Part shown: positions 19,929 to 28,927 of the stretch, in pieces
How positions within the stretch are numbered: position 1 is the first letter of the stretch
How the letters are laid out: each line of letters begins with the position of its first letter
NCBI GenBank assembly: GCA_018818285.1
Contig: JAHIRT010000030.1
Location: 1-50,988 of the forward strand
Source: Nanobdellota archaeon
GTDB taxonomy: Archaea > Nanobdellota > Nanobdellia > Pacearchaeales > GW2011-AR1
DNA length: 50,988 bases
Direction of reading: 5' to 3'
Program-made: the position numbers and the translations under genes
The notes under the pieces: generated by a model
Seen by the model: only the letters and a program-made list of their open reading frames with translations
Database searches by the model: none
Told to the model about the DNA's origin: nothing

Positions 19929-20366
19929 ATGGATAGATTAATTCAAGAAAAAATAAGTGCTGACCATTTACTTCATGTAAGTATGAAATATACAAAAACA
20001 ACAGGAGTTATGCTTAATTTAATTGAAAGATGGAGAAGTATGATAGAGATTTCTATAGATTTATTATTAGAAAGAGCTAAGAAAAAGAAATCAATAAAAA
20101 TAATTCCTTTAGTTCCTAAATTAAAAGTAGAAAAAATAAAAGAAATTCACAAAAAAAATCCATTTATTCTTGAAGGAATTGGGTTGTATGATTTTTTTAA
20201 GAGAATAGATAAAATGGAAAAAACAAGTGAAGGAGAATTCAGAAAAAACGTGGCATTAAAAGTTTTGGATAAAGGCAAGTGGGTGAATATTAATATGGAG
20301 CAGTTAAAAGAATATAGTGAAATTGTAGAGAGATATATGATTAATGTAAAGCAAGTTCTAAACTAA
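19929..20366 (+). CDS. Hypothetical protein (paralog of 19362..19835)
   Basis: 145-aa ORF with ISADHLLHVSMKY matching ETADHLTYITIKI in the neighbour. Confidence 0.5.
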   Translation: MDRLIQEKISADHLLHVSMKYTKTTGVMLNLIERWRSMIEISIDLLLERAKKKKSIKIIPLVPKLKVEKIKEIHKKNPFILEGIGLYDFFKRIDKMEKTSEGEFRKNVALKVLDKGKWVNINMEQLKEYSEIVERYMINVKQVLN

Positions 20367-20460
20367 AGATTTAAAAAGAGAAACAAATAAAGTTTAAATA
20401 TTAGAAATCCATAAAATAATTTATTAAGTATTTTATTAAGAAAAATTTTAAAAAACAAAT

Positions 20461-21222
20461 ATGGCAAAAGTTTATACAATAACATCTGGAAAAGGGGGGG
20501 TTGGAAAAACCACAACAGCTGTAAATTTAGGGGCTGCTTTGAATAAGTTTAATGAAGACGTTGTTATTGTTGACGCTAACTTGACTACACCAAATATCGG
20601 ATTATATTTTGGTGCTCCTTTGGTTCCTGTAAGTTTTAATCATGTTCTTCAGAACAAAGCAAAAATAGAAGAAGCAATATACGAGCATGGTTCTGGAACA
20701 AAAATTATTCCTTGTTCATTATCATTAAAAGATTTAAAGAAAATTGATACAAAATTAATTAAGGGTGCAACAAAAGAATTAAGAGGAATCTCAAAGAATA
20801 TTATTTTTGATTCTGCAGCAGGACTTGGAGATGAAGCAAAACTTTCTATGGATGTTGCTGATGAAGTAATTGTGGTTACAAATCCTAATATACTATCTGT
20901 GACAGATTCTTTGAAAGCAATAAAACTTGCTGAAGAAATGAAAAAAAATGTTAAGGGTGTTATTGTTACAAGAGTAAAGGGAGACAAGACTGAAATGAGC
21001 CTCCAGAGCATTAAAGACATGCTTGAAGTTCCAATACTTGGAGTTGTTCCTGAAGATATTCATATTTCTGAATCACTTGTAAAAAAAGATGCTGTTATTC
21101 ACACAAAACCAAGAAGCAAGTCTTCAGAAGCTTATATGGATATTGCAGCAAAACTTCTTGGAAAGAAAAAAATACCCTTGTCTTTAGGTGAGAGATTTTT
21201 GAGAGCTTTGGGTTTGAGATAA
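20461..21222 (+). CDS. minD: MinD/ParA-family ATPase
   Basis: Deviant Walker A: ITSGKGGVGKTT. Confidence 0.8.
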   Translation: MAKVYTITSGKGGVGKTTTAVNLGAALNKFNEDVVIVDANLTTPNIGLYFGAPLVPVSFNHVLQNKAKIEEAIYEHGSGTKIIPCSLSLKDLKKIDTKLIKGATKELRGISKNIIFDSAAGLGDEAKLSMDVADEVIVVTNPNILSVTDSLKAIKLAEEMKKNVKGVIVTRVKGDKTEMSLQSIKDMLEVPILGVVPEDIHISESLVKKDAVIHTKPRSKSSEAYMDIAAKLLGKKKIPLSLGERFLRALGLR

Positions 21223-21231
21223 TTTGGTTAG

Positions 21232-21498
21232 TTAAATTTCGATTTTATAGAATTGGATAGGGGTATAACATATATTATCTCTATTTAATTTTTCTCCTTC
21301 AAGATAAGAATCTGGAATTTCAGATGTTGCCACAGTTTGAGCAAAACCCCGCATAATATAATGAAATCTAATTTCATCTCTTTCTTTTTCACCTTTTGGA
21401 TGCCATAATACTTTCGATTTTCCTATTGGTTTCCCTATTACAAGTTGCCCTTTGTAAACCAATTTTCCTTCTAAATTTAATTTTAATTTTTTCATCAT
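21232..21498 (-). CDS. Hypothetical protein
   Basis: 88-aa ORF directly downstream of the tRNA-binding domain gene. Confidence 0.4.
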   Translation of the reverse strand: MMKKLKLNLEGKLVYKGQLVIGKPIGKSKVLWHPKGEKERDEIRFHYIMRGFAQTVATSEIPDSYLEGEKLNRDNICYTPIQFYKIEI

Positions 21499-21499
21499 T

Positions 21500-21838
21500 C
21501 TAACTAACCTTCATCCCTTCTTTCACATCTTTTTCAGGACTCAATAAAACAACTTCTTTTTTATCATCAGAAACAGCAGCTAACAGCATTCCTTTGCTTT
21601 CAATTTCTTTTATTTCTCTTGGTTCTAAATTTACTATTACAATTATTTTTTTTCCATCTAATTCTTTTTTAGAATAATGTTCTTTAATTCCAGCACAAAT
21701 TGTTCTTTTTCCTAATTCCCCACCTAAATCTATTTCTAATTTGTAAAGTTTGTCAGCTCCTTCAATATCTTCTGCTTTTAAGATTTTTCCAACTCTTAAA
21801 TCAGTTTTTAGCCATTCTTTGAAATTTATATTTGCCAT
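21500..21838 (-). CDS. Stand-alone tRNA-binding (EMAP/Trbp111-like) domain, i.e. a detached MetRS C-terminal domain
   Basis: DLRVGKILKAEDIEGADKLYKLEIDLG..RTICAGI. Start taken at the internal Met (MANINFKEW) by arithmetic on the track, 1 nt after the metG stop. Confidence 0.7.
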   Translation of the reverse strand: MANINFKEWLKTDLRVGKILKAEDIEGADKLYKLEIDLGGELGKRTICAGIKEHYSKKELDGKKIIVIVNLEPREIKEIESKGMLLAAVSDDKKEVVLLSPEKDVKEGMKVS

Positions 21839-21839
21839 C

Positions 21840-23285
21840 TTAAATCTTCTCAAACAAAATCCCCTCTTTCTTAATTTTCTCAACTTTTAAAGGTTTCTCA
21901 ATCTCATTATAATCAATTTTAAAATTAAATTGCTTAGCAATCTTCTCACTTGTTTCTGGAATAAATGCCCAAAGCAAAATCGCAATTGCTTTAATTGAAT
22001 CAACTAACTCATAAAGAACTTTTTTATCATGAGTTTCCCATGGTTTCTTGCTTTGAACATATTCATTGCAGACATCAATAAAAGCAAAGATTTCATTTAG
22101 GATTTTATCTAATTCATAGTTTTCAAAATAGTTTTCTATTTTTTTTAGTTTTAATTTTTTAATTAGTTTGTTCTTTGTTTTTTCAATGCCATATTTTTCA
22201 GCAAGACTTGTAACTCTTGAAACCAAGTTTCCTAATTTGTTTGCAAGTTCATTATTATGCCTGTCAATTAAAGCTTGTTCTGAAAAATCTCCATCTTGTC
22301 CAAAAACAAAATTTCTGCAAACAAAATATCTTATAGAATCTGCCCCATATTTTTCTTCTAATGCAATAGGAGAAATTACATTTCCTAAAGATTTGGATAT
22401 TTTCTGTGAATTAAAAGTTAAAAATCCATTTATTAAAATTGTATTTGCTGTTTTTATTCCCACAGACATTAGCATTGCAGGCCAAATCACACAATGAAAC
22501 CAACTATTATCAATTCCAAGAAGTTGAACATCTGCAGGCCAGAATTTTTTGAATTTTTTAGAAGGCCAATCAATTCCAGTTATATAATTTAAAAGAGCTT
22601 CATACCATACATAAGTCACATGTTTTTTATCTAATGGAAAAGGAATTCCCCAGGAAAAATTTGTTCTTGTTATATTTAAATCTTTAAGTCCTTCTTTTAC
22701 TCTGTTAATTATTTCCTGTCTTCTGAATTTTGGAAGAATGTATTTTTTATTTTTTTCATATAATTCAAGGAGTTTATTTTGATATTTACTTAGTTTAAAA
22801 AAATAAGCTTCTTCACTTAATTCAGTTAGTTCTTTATTAGGATGAAATGGGCATTTGCCTCCAACTAAATCTTTTTCTGTGACATAAGCTTCGCAATCAA
22901 CACAATAAAGTCCAGAGTATTTTCCTTTATGAATATCGCCTTTTTTATTCATCAACTTAATAAATTCTTGGACTTTTTCTTCATGGTCCTTGTCTGTTGT
23001 TCTTATAAATCTGTCATAATCAAGGTTTAAAGATTTCCATGCTTGTTTAAATTTTTTTGATAATTCATCTACAAATTCTTTTTCTGATTTTCCTGCTTTT
23101 TCTGCTGCTTTTGAAATTTTTTGCCCGTGTTCATCTGTTCCAGTTAAGAAAAATACATCTTTTCCCTGAATCTTGTTCCATCTAGCTAAAACATCAGCTA
23201 TAATTTTTTGATATGCATGGCCAACATGTGGCTCTCCAGATACATAATCTATTGCAGTTGTAACATAAAATTTTTTATTTGTCAT
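21840..23285 (-). CDS. metG: Methionyl-tRNA synthetase catalytic core
   Basis: SGEPHVGHAY (HIGH), KISKSLGN (KMSKS), and a CVDCE..CP zinc knuckle. Confidence 0.9.
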   Translation of the reverse strand: MTNKKFYVTTAIDYVSGEPHVGHAYQKIIADVLARWNKIQGKDVFFLTGTDEHGQKISKAAEKAGKSEKEFVDELSKKFKQAWKSLNLDYDRFIRTTDKDHEEKVQEFIKLMNKKGDIHKGKYSGLYCVDCEAYVTEKDLVGGKCPFHPNKELTELSEEAYFFKLSKYQNKLLELYEKNKKYILPKFRRQEIINRVKEGLKDLNITRTNFSWGIPFPLDKKHVTYVWYEALLNYITGIDWPSKKFKKFWPADVQLLGIDNSWFHCVIWPAMLMSVGIKTANTILINGFLTFNSQKISKSLGNVISPIALEEKYGADSIRYFVCRNFVFGQDGDFSEQALIDRHNNELANKLGNLVSRVTSLAEKYGIEKTKNKLIKKLKLKKIENYFENYELDKILNEIFAFIDVCNEYVQSKKPWETHDKKVLYELVDSIKAIAILLWAFIPETSEKIAKQFNFKIDYNEIEKPLKVEKIKKEGILFEKI

Positions 23286-23322
23286 AATATAGAGATTAGA
23301 AAATAGAAGTTTAAAAAATTAT

Positions 23323-24291
23323 CTAAAACTTCCATTTATATTGTGATAACAACCCATCTCTATCTGCTCTCGAATAAAAAGTTTTATCATGTCCTAAATC
23401 TCTTACTAAAGCCCACAAACCAATTTCCTTATCTGCCCTATTAGGTTTTCTTAATTTATCTTTTGTTTTTAAATTATCATCTCTAACTAAAACATTATTT
23501 TCCCATCTCAAATAATAATCTACTGCTTCTTGAGAAGGAATTGCAAACTGAGACATTTGCAAAGGGATTATGTTCTTTTTTTCATTCCAAAAATAATCTA
23601 TAGTTGCAAGATAAGCAGCAATTTCATGCGAACACATATTAACTATGCCTGAACTTTCTTTATCATCTGCATATTTGTATCTTATATTAAATCTTTTAGT
23701 TGGACAAGAGTGGTCAGAACCTATGCCCATACCGATGATATATTTTTCAGAACTATCTACAACTGGAACAGATATTAATTTTAATTGGATTCTTCTTTCT
23801 CCTTCTGTTCTTGAAGGCAAATCTACAACTATTTCTGCTCCATCTCTTCTCACTATTTTTGAATCAGCATAAGGCTTAACTCCAATCTCTGTTCCAGGAA
23901 CTTGGTGAGAATATGCATAAATTCTAGCTCCTTCTGAACAATCTGTTAAAGAGACTTTTCTTTTTCTTTGGTCTCTTCCTAAAGGCATGAATGTATAACC
24001 ACAAAACTCAAAACCTTTAAGATTATCAAATGCCTTTTCTCTAATTTGGATTGGTGTTCTTCCATCTTCTAAAGCTTGTTTAAGTGAGTAAAATCTTTTT
24101 GGCCTTACTTCTCTGCCATGTTTCATAAATTTTCTTGCAGATTCAAAACCCTTAGGAACTAAAGGAGAAATAATTACAAATTGATTTTCTTCTAAATTTC
24201 TAATATCAGATAATGAAGCTACATCTACTAAATCTTTTTTTTTAATTTCAGATTTTGTTGCTTCTCTAAAAAATGATTTTTTCTTTTCCAT
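23323..24291 (-). CDS. Hypothetical protein with a SWIM-like zinc finger
   Basis: GSDHSCPTKRF-x19-NMCSHEIAAYL (H-x-C...C-x-H, DNA about 23626..23712) preceded by beta-strand-like segments. Start taken at the ATG at 24291. Confidence 0.45.
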   Translation of the reverse strand: MEKKKSFFREATKSEIKKKDLVDVASLSDIRNLEENQFVIISPLVPKGFESARKFMKHGREVRPKRFYSLKQALEDGRTPIQIREKAFDNLKGFEFCGYTFMPLGRDQRKRKVSLTDCSEGARIYAYSHQVPGTEIGVKPYADSKIVRRDGAEIVVDLPSRTEGERRIQLKLISVPVVDSSEKYIIGMGIGSDHSCPTKRFNIRYKYADDKESSGIVNMCSHEIAAYLATIDYFWNEKKNIIPLQMSQFAIPSQEAVDYYLRWENNVLVRDDNLKTKDKLRKPNRADKEIGLWALVRDLGHDKTFYSRADRDGLLSQYKWKF

Positions 24292-24340
24292 ACCCACCAA
24301 AAAATTATAGGATATTTAAACCTTTCTATATCTTACTCTA

Positions 24341-24360
24341 AAATAGTAACAAATAGTAAG
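24341..24360. promoter_or_regulatory. Tandem 10-mers AAATAGTAAC/AAATAGTAAG in the divergent promoter (candidate operator)
   Basis: Two 10-nt direct repeats exactly one helical turn apart. They overlap the inverted pair CTTACT(24332-24337)/AGTAAG(24355-24360). Confidence 0.3.
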
Positions 24361-24373
24361 ATTTATAAGTTAT

Positions 24374-27214
24374 ATGTTTTTTTTAAAAACTATGGAATTA
24401 ATAGGACTACTTAAAAATAAATTTGGAAGCATATCAAAAGCAGCTGAAGCTATAGGGATATCTGAGAGTAATTTAAGGAAACATCTAAAAAATCCAGATA
24501 TGCGCTTTTATGGAAGAACAGGAGAAAGACTATCTAAAGCCTTAGGAATAAGTCCAAATGAAATAAAAATCATGGGAATGACTCCCGACCAGAGAGAATA
24601 CTGGAGAGGAGAAATTAATGCGGCTATTGATTTACTCACAGAAAGAGATGGTAAGTTAGTAGAAGGAGATGAAATAATTGATGCTATTCATGTAACACGC
24701 AGACCTACAAGAGTCTATTTAGTTCCATTAATTAATGAGATACAAAAAGAAAGACCCGGCATGATAATAACCCCCCCAACCCACCACCACAGATTAACTA
24801 TGGAAAGAACTAATGAAGGAAATAATGGAAGAGAAAGAATTTTAGATGATAGATTGAAAGATCTAAGAATAGAATATAGAGTCAAACCTCAAAAAAAAGC
24901 AAGAATAGCAAAAATCCATTCACAAAATCCTTATTTATTGTTAGGGGATGCTTACCAAAATTTTGTAGAATCTATACTTTCTATTGTACACTTAGATTGT
25001 AAAAAATACAGAGAAGTAGCTCTAACATACCACAAGGAGAATGGAAAACTAACTGAAACAAGAGATATAGTTGATTTTCTTACACTAGAAGAGCCTGCTT
25101 TAAATAGAAAAACAAGAAGAATAACTCTATATGAAATTAAATTAGGAAGACAAAGAGAAAAACTTCTTGCACAATTAAGGAGCCAAGTTGAAGCAGCTAG
25201 AAGAAACTGGGGAAGCCAAGTGCAAATTCAAGCACAGATAATATCAGGAAATCCATTAGATACAGTTTCCTCATTTCAATTTGAAAAAGCAGATGGAAAG
25301 AAACTAGAGTTTAATGAAGATCAAGTAAGAAAAATTTCAAGAGAAATGCAAGAACTACAAGAAAAAGAAGAAAAATTAACATCTCTTGAGAATATGGTTT
25401 CAGAAGAAGACAAAACAAGAGGAATTTCTGTTATTCCGCTTCCCCTATTGATAAAAAAAGGATTACAAGTAGTAGAAAATAGAACAGATGGATTAAGAAA
25501 AGGAAATATGAGATATAATTTAACAGCACTTCAAAAAACAATTAAAAAAAATCCAGAAATATCTGCTAAAATAGGAATTGATGTAAGAAAAATAGAAGAA
25601 CTAGCAAAAAATGTAGGGCAATCTAATAAGGACATATTAACACAATCTATGAAGTCACTTGGAATAGCTTCAATTAGTCTTGCAATTAATGACATAAACA
25701 AAATTTTACAATCAAGAGCTTTAACTTTGGGACAAATAAGAAGATACGAAGAAAACCTATATTTATTAAGCCACTACTTAAGAAGCAGAAGATTTAGAAA
25801 ATTAATGAAAACAAGTAAATTAAGAAAAAAGAGTATGATGGCTGAAGAAACACCAATAAATCAGTTAGAAGGATTATTTAATGGGATAATTTATATAAGC
25901 CATAACTATAAAGGAGAATTAGAAGAAAATTTTTCTGAAAAAACTACTAGAAAAATATTAGGAATTAAAAGTTTTTTTAGAAGACTTACTGGAAGAAGTC
26001 CTATTGATATTGATGAATCAGTAAGAGGAATATATGGAATGTCACAAGAAGAATTCTGGAAAAAATACCTCCCCAACTTTAAAGAAATATTAAAAAATAG
26101 AAGAAGAACAAAAATAAGATATGAAGAAAAAGGATTATACCAAGATTTTTCACAAGGAACACGTGTTTTTAGTAGGAGAGACTCTGAAACCAAACATAAT
26201 TGGATTTTAGAAGCACTATTTACTATTGGAGTAAATCCAGATGACTTTAATTTATCTGATACTTCTCAATTAGAAGAAGTTGTAGGACTTTTAGAAAAAT
26301 ACAGAGAAAATTCAAAAGAAGAAACAAGTAAGATTCTAGAAATACAAAGAACAAGAATAAATGAGCTAGAAGCTCAAATAGAAAATCTAGAAAATGTTTT
26401 AGATTCAAAAAAGTACAGTAGAAGATCAAATACTGATTTACATAGATATCTTGAAATTTTAAAAGACTTTGGTTTAGAAACTCAGTTAGATTCAATACCA
26501 GAATTAAGGTCAACTAGAAGAAAAGATAAACTAAGAAAAGGTTTAGTATATTTAGCTCATGTTTCAAGTAGAACTATCTCAAAATTACCAGGAGTTCCAG
26601 ATTTTTTGAAAGAGTCTCCATTAATTCAAATAGTAAGAGAACAAGAACAAAAGAAAAAACTTATAAAAACAAGTGTAAAAGGAAGATCAGGAAGATTAAA
26701 ACCATACATTGAAAGAGTAACAAGAGGAATAAGAGCTAATAATGTATGGAATACATATAAAGAATTTACTAATCCTAAAACACAAATTACTCAGGAATAT
26801 TTATCAGATGTTGAAATGAGAATTAAGAGTTACTTAGAATCTGATGAAGATAAAATTATGATAGATAGAGCAAGATATGCCCCACCTATTGATGGTGTTA
26901 TATTTAATGATGCAAGATTACTTAAAAAAGCAAGATCTATTATTAGAAATCACCTTTTCGATGAAACCAAATTACTCGAAAGATATACAGCTACAAGAAT
27001 GTTGCAGACAATTGAAATGGCAAGAGTTATTGGACAATATGATGAAAAAATTGGACAGCAATATTTAGAATTAGCTAGAGAAGAATTGAGGATAGGGTAT
27101 AGAAAAAGAAGTGAAAAACTTGTAAGCCATATTTTAGAAAGAATCAAAAGAGAATATGAAGAAGGAAAGCGAGATTTAAAAGAGCTTGAAGAACAAAAAA
27201 CTTCAACAGCTTAA
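24374..27214 (+). CDS. Large orphan protein (946 aa): N-terminal HTH, possible PD-(D/E)xK core, long charged helical tail
   Basis: HTH-like GSISKAAEAIGISESNLRKHL and GERLSKALGISPNEI. D231..E254-I-K256 pattern (RDIVDF..LYEIKLG). No Walker motif seen. Confidence 0.55.
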   Translation: MFFLKTMELIGLLKNKFGSISKAAEAIGISESNLRKHLKNPDMRFYGRTGERLSKALGISPNEIKIMGMTPDQREYWRGEINAAIDLLTERDGKLVEGDEIIDAIHVTRRPTRVYLVPLINEIQKERPGMIITPPTHHHRLTMERTNEGNNGRERILDDRLKDLRIEYRVKPQKKARIAKIHSQNPYLLLGDAYQNFVESILSIVHLDCKKYREVALTYHKENGKLTETRDIVDFLTLEEPALNRKTRRITLYEIKLGRQREKLLAQLRSQVEAARRNWGSQVQIQAQIISGNPLDTVSSFQFEKADGKKLEFNEDQVRKISREMQELQEKEEKLTSLENMVSEEDKTRGISVIPLPLLIKKGLQVVENRTDGLRKGNMRYNLTALQKTIKKNPEISAKIGIDVRKIEELAKNVGQSNKDILTQSMKSLGIASISLAINDINKILQSRALTLGQIRRYEENLYLLSHYLRSRRFRKLMKTSKLRKKSMMAEETPINQLEGLFNGIIYISHNYKGELEENFSEKTTRKILGIKSFFRRLTGRSPIDIDESVRGIYGMSQEEFWKKYLPNFKEILKNRRRTKIRYEEKGLYQDFSQGTRVFSRRDSETKHNWILEALFTIGVNPDDFNLSDTSQLEEVVGLLEKYRENSKEETSKILEIQRTRINELEAQIENLENVLDSKKYSRRSNTDLHRYLEILKDFGLETQLDSIPELRSTRRKDKLRKGLVYLAHVSSRTISKLPGVPDFLKESPLIQIVREQEQKKKLIKTSVKGRSGRLKPYIERVTRGIRANNVWNTYKEFTNPKTQITQEYLSDVEMRIKSYLESDEDKIMIDRARYAPPIDGVIFNDARLLKKARSIIRNHLFDETKLLERYTATRMLQTIEMARVIGQYDEKIGQQYLELAREELRIGYRKRSEKLVSHILERIKREYEEGKRDLKELEEQKTSTA

Positions 27215-27288
27215 AATGGCACGAGTATTTAGAGTAAAAAACAAGAACATATAAAAATTTATCAAGTGTGAAATATATATTAAATTAA

Positions 27289-27406
27289 GCGCTAGTAGTA
27301 TAGTGGCAGTATATTGCCTTCCCAATAAACCCTTTTTAAAAAAAGGTTCCCAAAAATTTGTGCAAGGAAAAAGGCAATGACCTGGGTTCGAATCCCGGCT
27401 GGCGCA
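27289..27406 (+). tRNA. tRNA-Gly(CCC) with a 47-nt intron (27325..27371)
   Basis: Hand-folded. Acceptor GCGCTAG/CTGGCGC, T arm CTGGG-TTCGAAT-CCCGG, anticodon stem TTGCC/GGCAA, loop TTCCCAA. Intron-anticodon helix TTCC/GGAA followed by an AAA bulge. Confidence 0.8.
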
Positions 27407-27409
27407 TTT

Positions 27410-28012
27410 TTATAATTTTTCTTCTCCCCATAATTCCAAACCATCATCTAAAAGCATAGTAGCTGAAGAAGGTAATTCAACATAATAATCATACTCTCTT
27501 GTGAAATTAGTTTCTTCAAGTTCATAATATTGATAAATTCTATAACCATCTATTTTATTTATGTTATCTATGGTTTGCCACCGCCATCTCATATTATACC
27601 AGATGCCTTGTTCAGAAAGATTTACTTGAGGATAGTTTTTACATACATTGTTTATTTTTTTACTTTCTGTAAATTCTTCTGATAATATCTTAATCCCTCC
27701 TATGATTTTATAAGTGTATAATCTTGCTCCATGTTTAGGATTTGAAGAATCATTGCAAAAATATCCTCCATCTTCTTGTCTTAAATCTATTCCAGATATT
27801 TCTGAAGGAGTGGGTATTGCTTCAGGTTCATCTTGAGTTTTATTTGAGATTATAGATTCATTTTGATTTTCATTATAAGTTTGATTTAGTTCTGTGTCTT
27901 GAGATTGATTTGTTGAAATATCTTCAGAAGGTCTTAAACTAAAAAAAAGAATAATTCCTATTACAAGTAAAATTAAAATAATTAAGATTATTAATCTATT
28001 CTCTTTTTTCAT
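27410..28012 (-). CDS. Hypothetical secreted or membrane-anchored protein
   Basis: N-terminal TM/signal anchor LIILIILILLVIGIILFF, then an S/T/N/Q-rich linker. Confidence 0.5.
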   Translation of the reverse strand: MKKENRLIILIILILLVIGIILFFSLRPSEDISTNQSQDTELNQTYNENQNESIISNKTQDEPEAIPTPSEISGIDLRQEDGGYFCNDSSNPKHGARLYTYKIIGGIKILSEEFTESKKINNVCKNYPQVNLSEQGIWYNMRWRWQTIDNINKIDGYRIYQYYELEETNFTREYDYYVELPSSATMLLDDGLELWGEEKL

Positions 28013-28090
28013 CTTTTCATAAAATCACAAGTATTTAAAAACATTCACAAAAACTGATAATTTTAAATAATCTAAGATAGTAAATTAAAC

Positions 28091-28927
28091 ATGAAAAAGA
28101 GACAGATAAAACTTATAATGCTCTTGATGGTGATACTAATAATAACACAAATAGGTTTCGGAATTTTCTTTTATTTCAAAACAACAGAAATAACTAATGA
28201 GATAAATTGGACAAAAGAGGTTCTTGATAATAAGATTAATACAAATAATGCAGAACTTCAAAGTAAAATAAATGAATTAAGTGATAGTTTAATGCAAACT
28301 GAAATGAATCTTACAAGAGAATTAAGCAGTATAAAAGCAAAAACAAGTGCGGATTTTTCTGGGATAATTGACTCTGCTGTTGAATCTGTTGTCAGCATAA
28401 AGACAAATATTGCACAAGGAACTGGTTTTATAATAACAGAAGATGGTTTTGTTGTAACAAATGCTCATGTGCTTGAAGGAGCAAAATATGCAAATGCAAT
28501 TACTGCAGAACAAATTTCAAAATCAATGTCTTTAGTAGGATATAATTCTGAGCTGGATTTAGCATTATTAAAAATAAAAGGAAGTTATAATTTTTTGAAG
28601 TTTGGGGATTCAAATAGAATAAGGGTTGGAGAAAAAGTCATTGCAATAGGAAACCCATTAGGCTTGTCATTTTCTGTATCAGAAGGAATTGTTTCTGCTG
28701 TGAACAGGGTTGGAAGCAACAGATTGCCAGCATATATACAAACAGATGCTGCATTAAATCCTGGGAATTCAGGAGGGCCTTTGATAAATACAGATGGAGA
28801 AGTTATAGGAATAAATAATTTTAAAATTACAGGGGAGAATCTTGGGTTTGCTTTGGAAAGCAATTATATTATCGAAGAAGTTAATAATATTGCTATGCAA
28901 GAAATGAATATGACTATTTTAAATTAG
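28091..28927 (+). CDS. Membrane-anchored trypsin-like serine protease (S1C/HtrA type, no PDZ seen)
   Basis: GTGFIITEDGFVVTNAHV (His), DLALLK (Asp), GNSGGPLIN (Ser). Confidence 0.8.
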   Translation: MKKRQIKLIMLLMVILIITQIGFGIFFYFKTTEITNEINWTKEVLDNKINTNNAELQSKINELSDSLMQTEMNLTRELSSIKAKTSADFSGIIDSAVESVVSIKTNIAQGTGFIITEDGFVVTNAHVLEGAKYANAITAEQISKSMSLVGYNSELDLALLKIKGSYNFLKFGDSNRIRVGEKVIAIGNPLGLSFSVSEGIVSAVNRVGSNRLPAYIQTDAALNPGNSGGPLINTDGEVIGINNFKITGENLGFALESNYIIEEVNNIAMQEMNMTILN

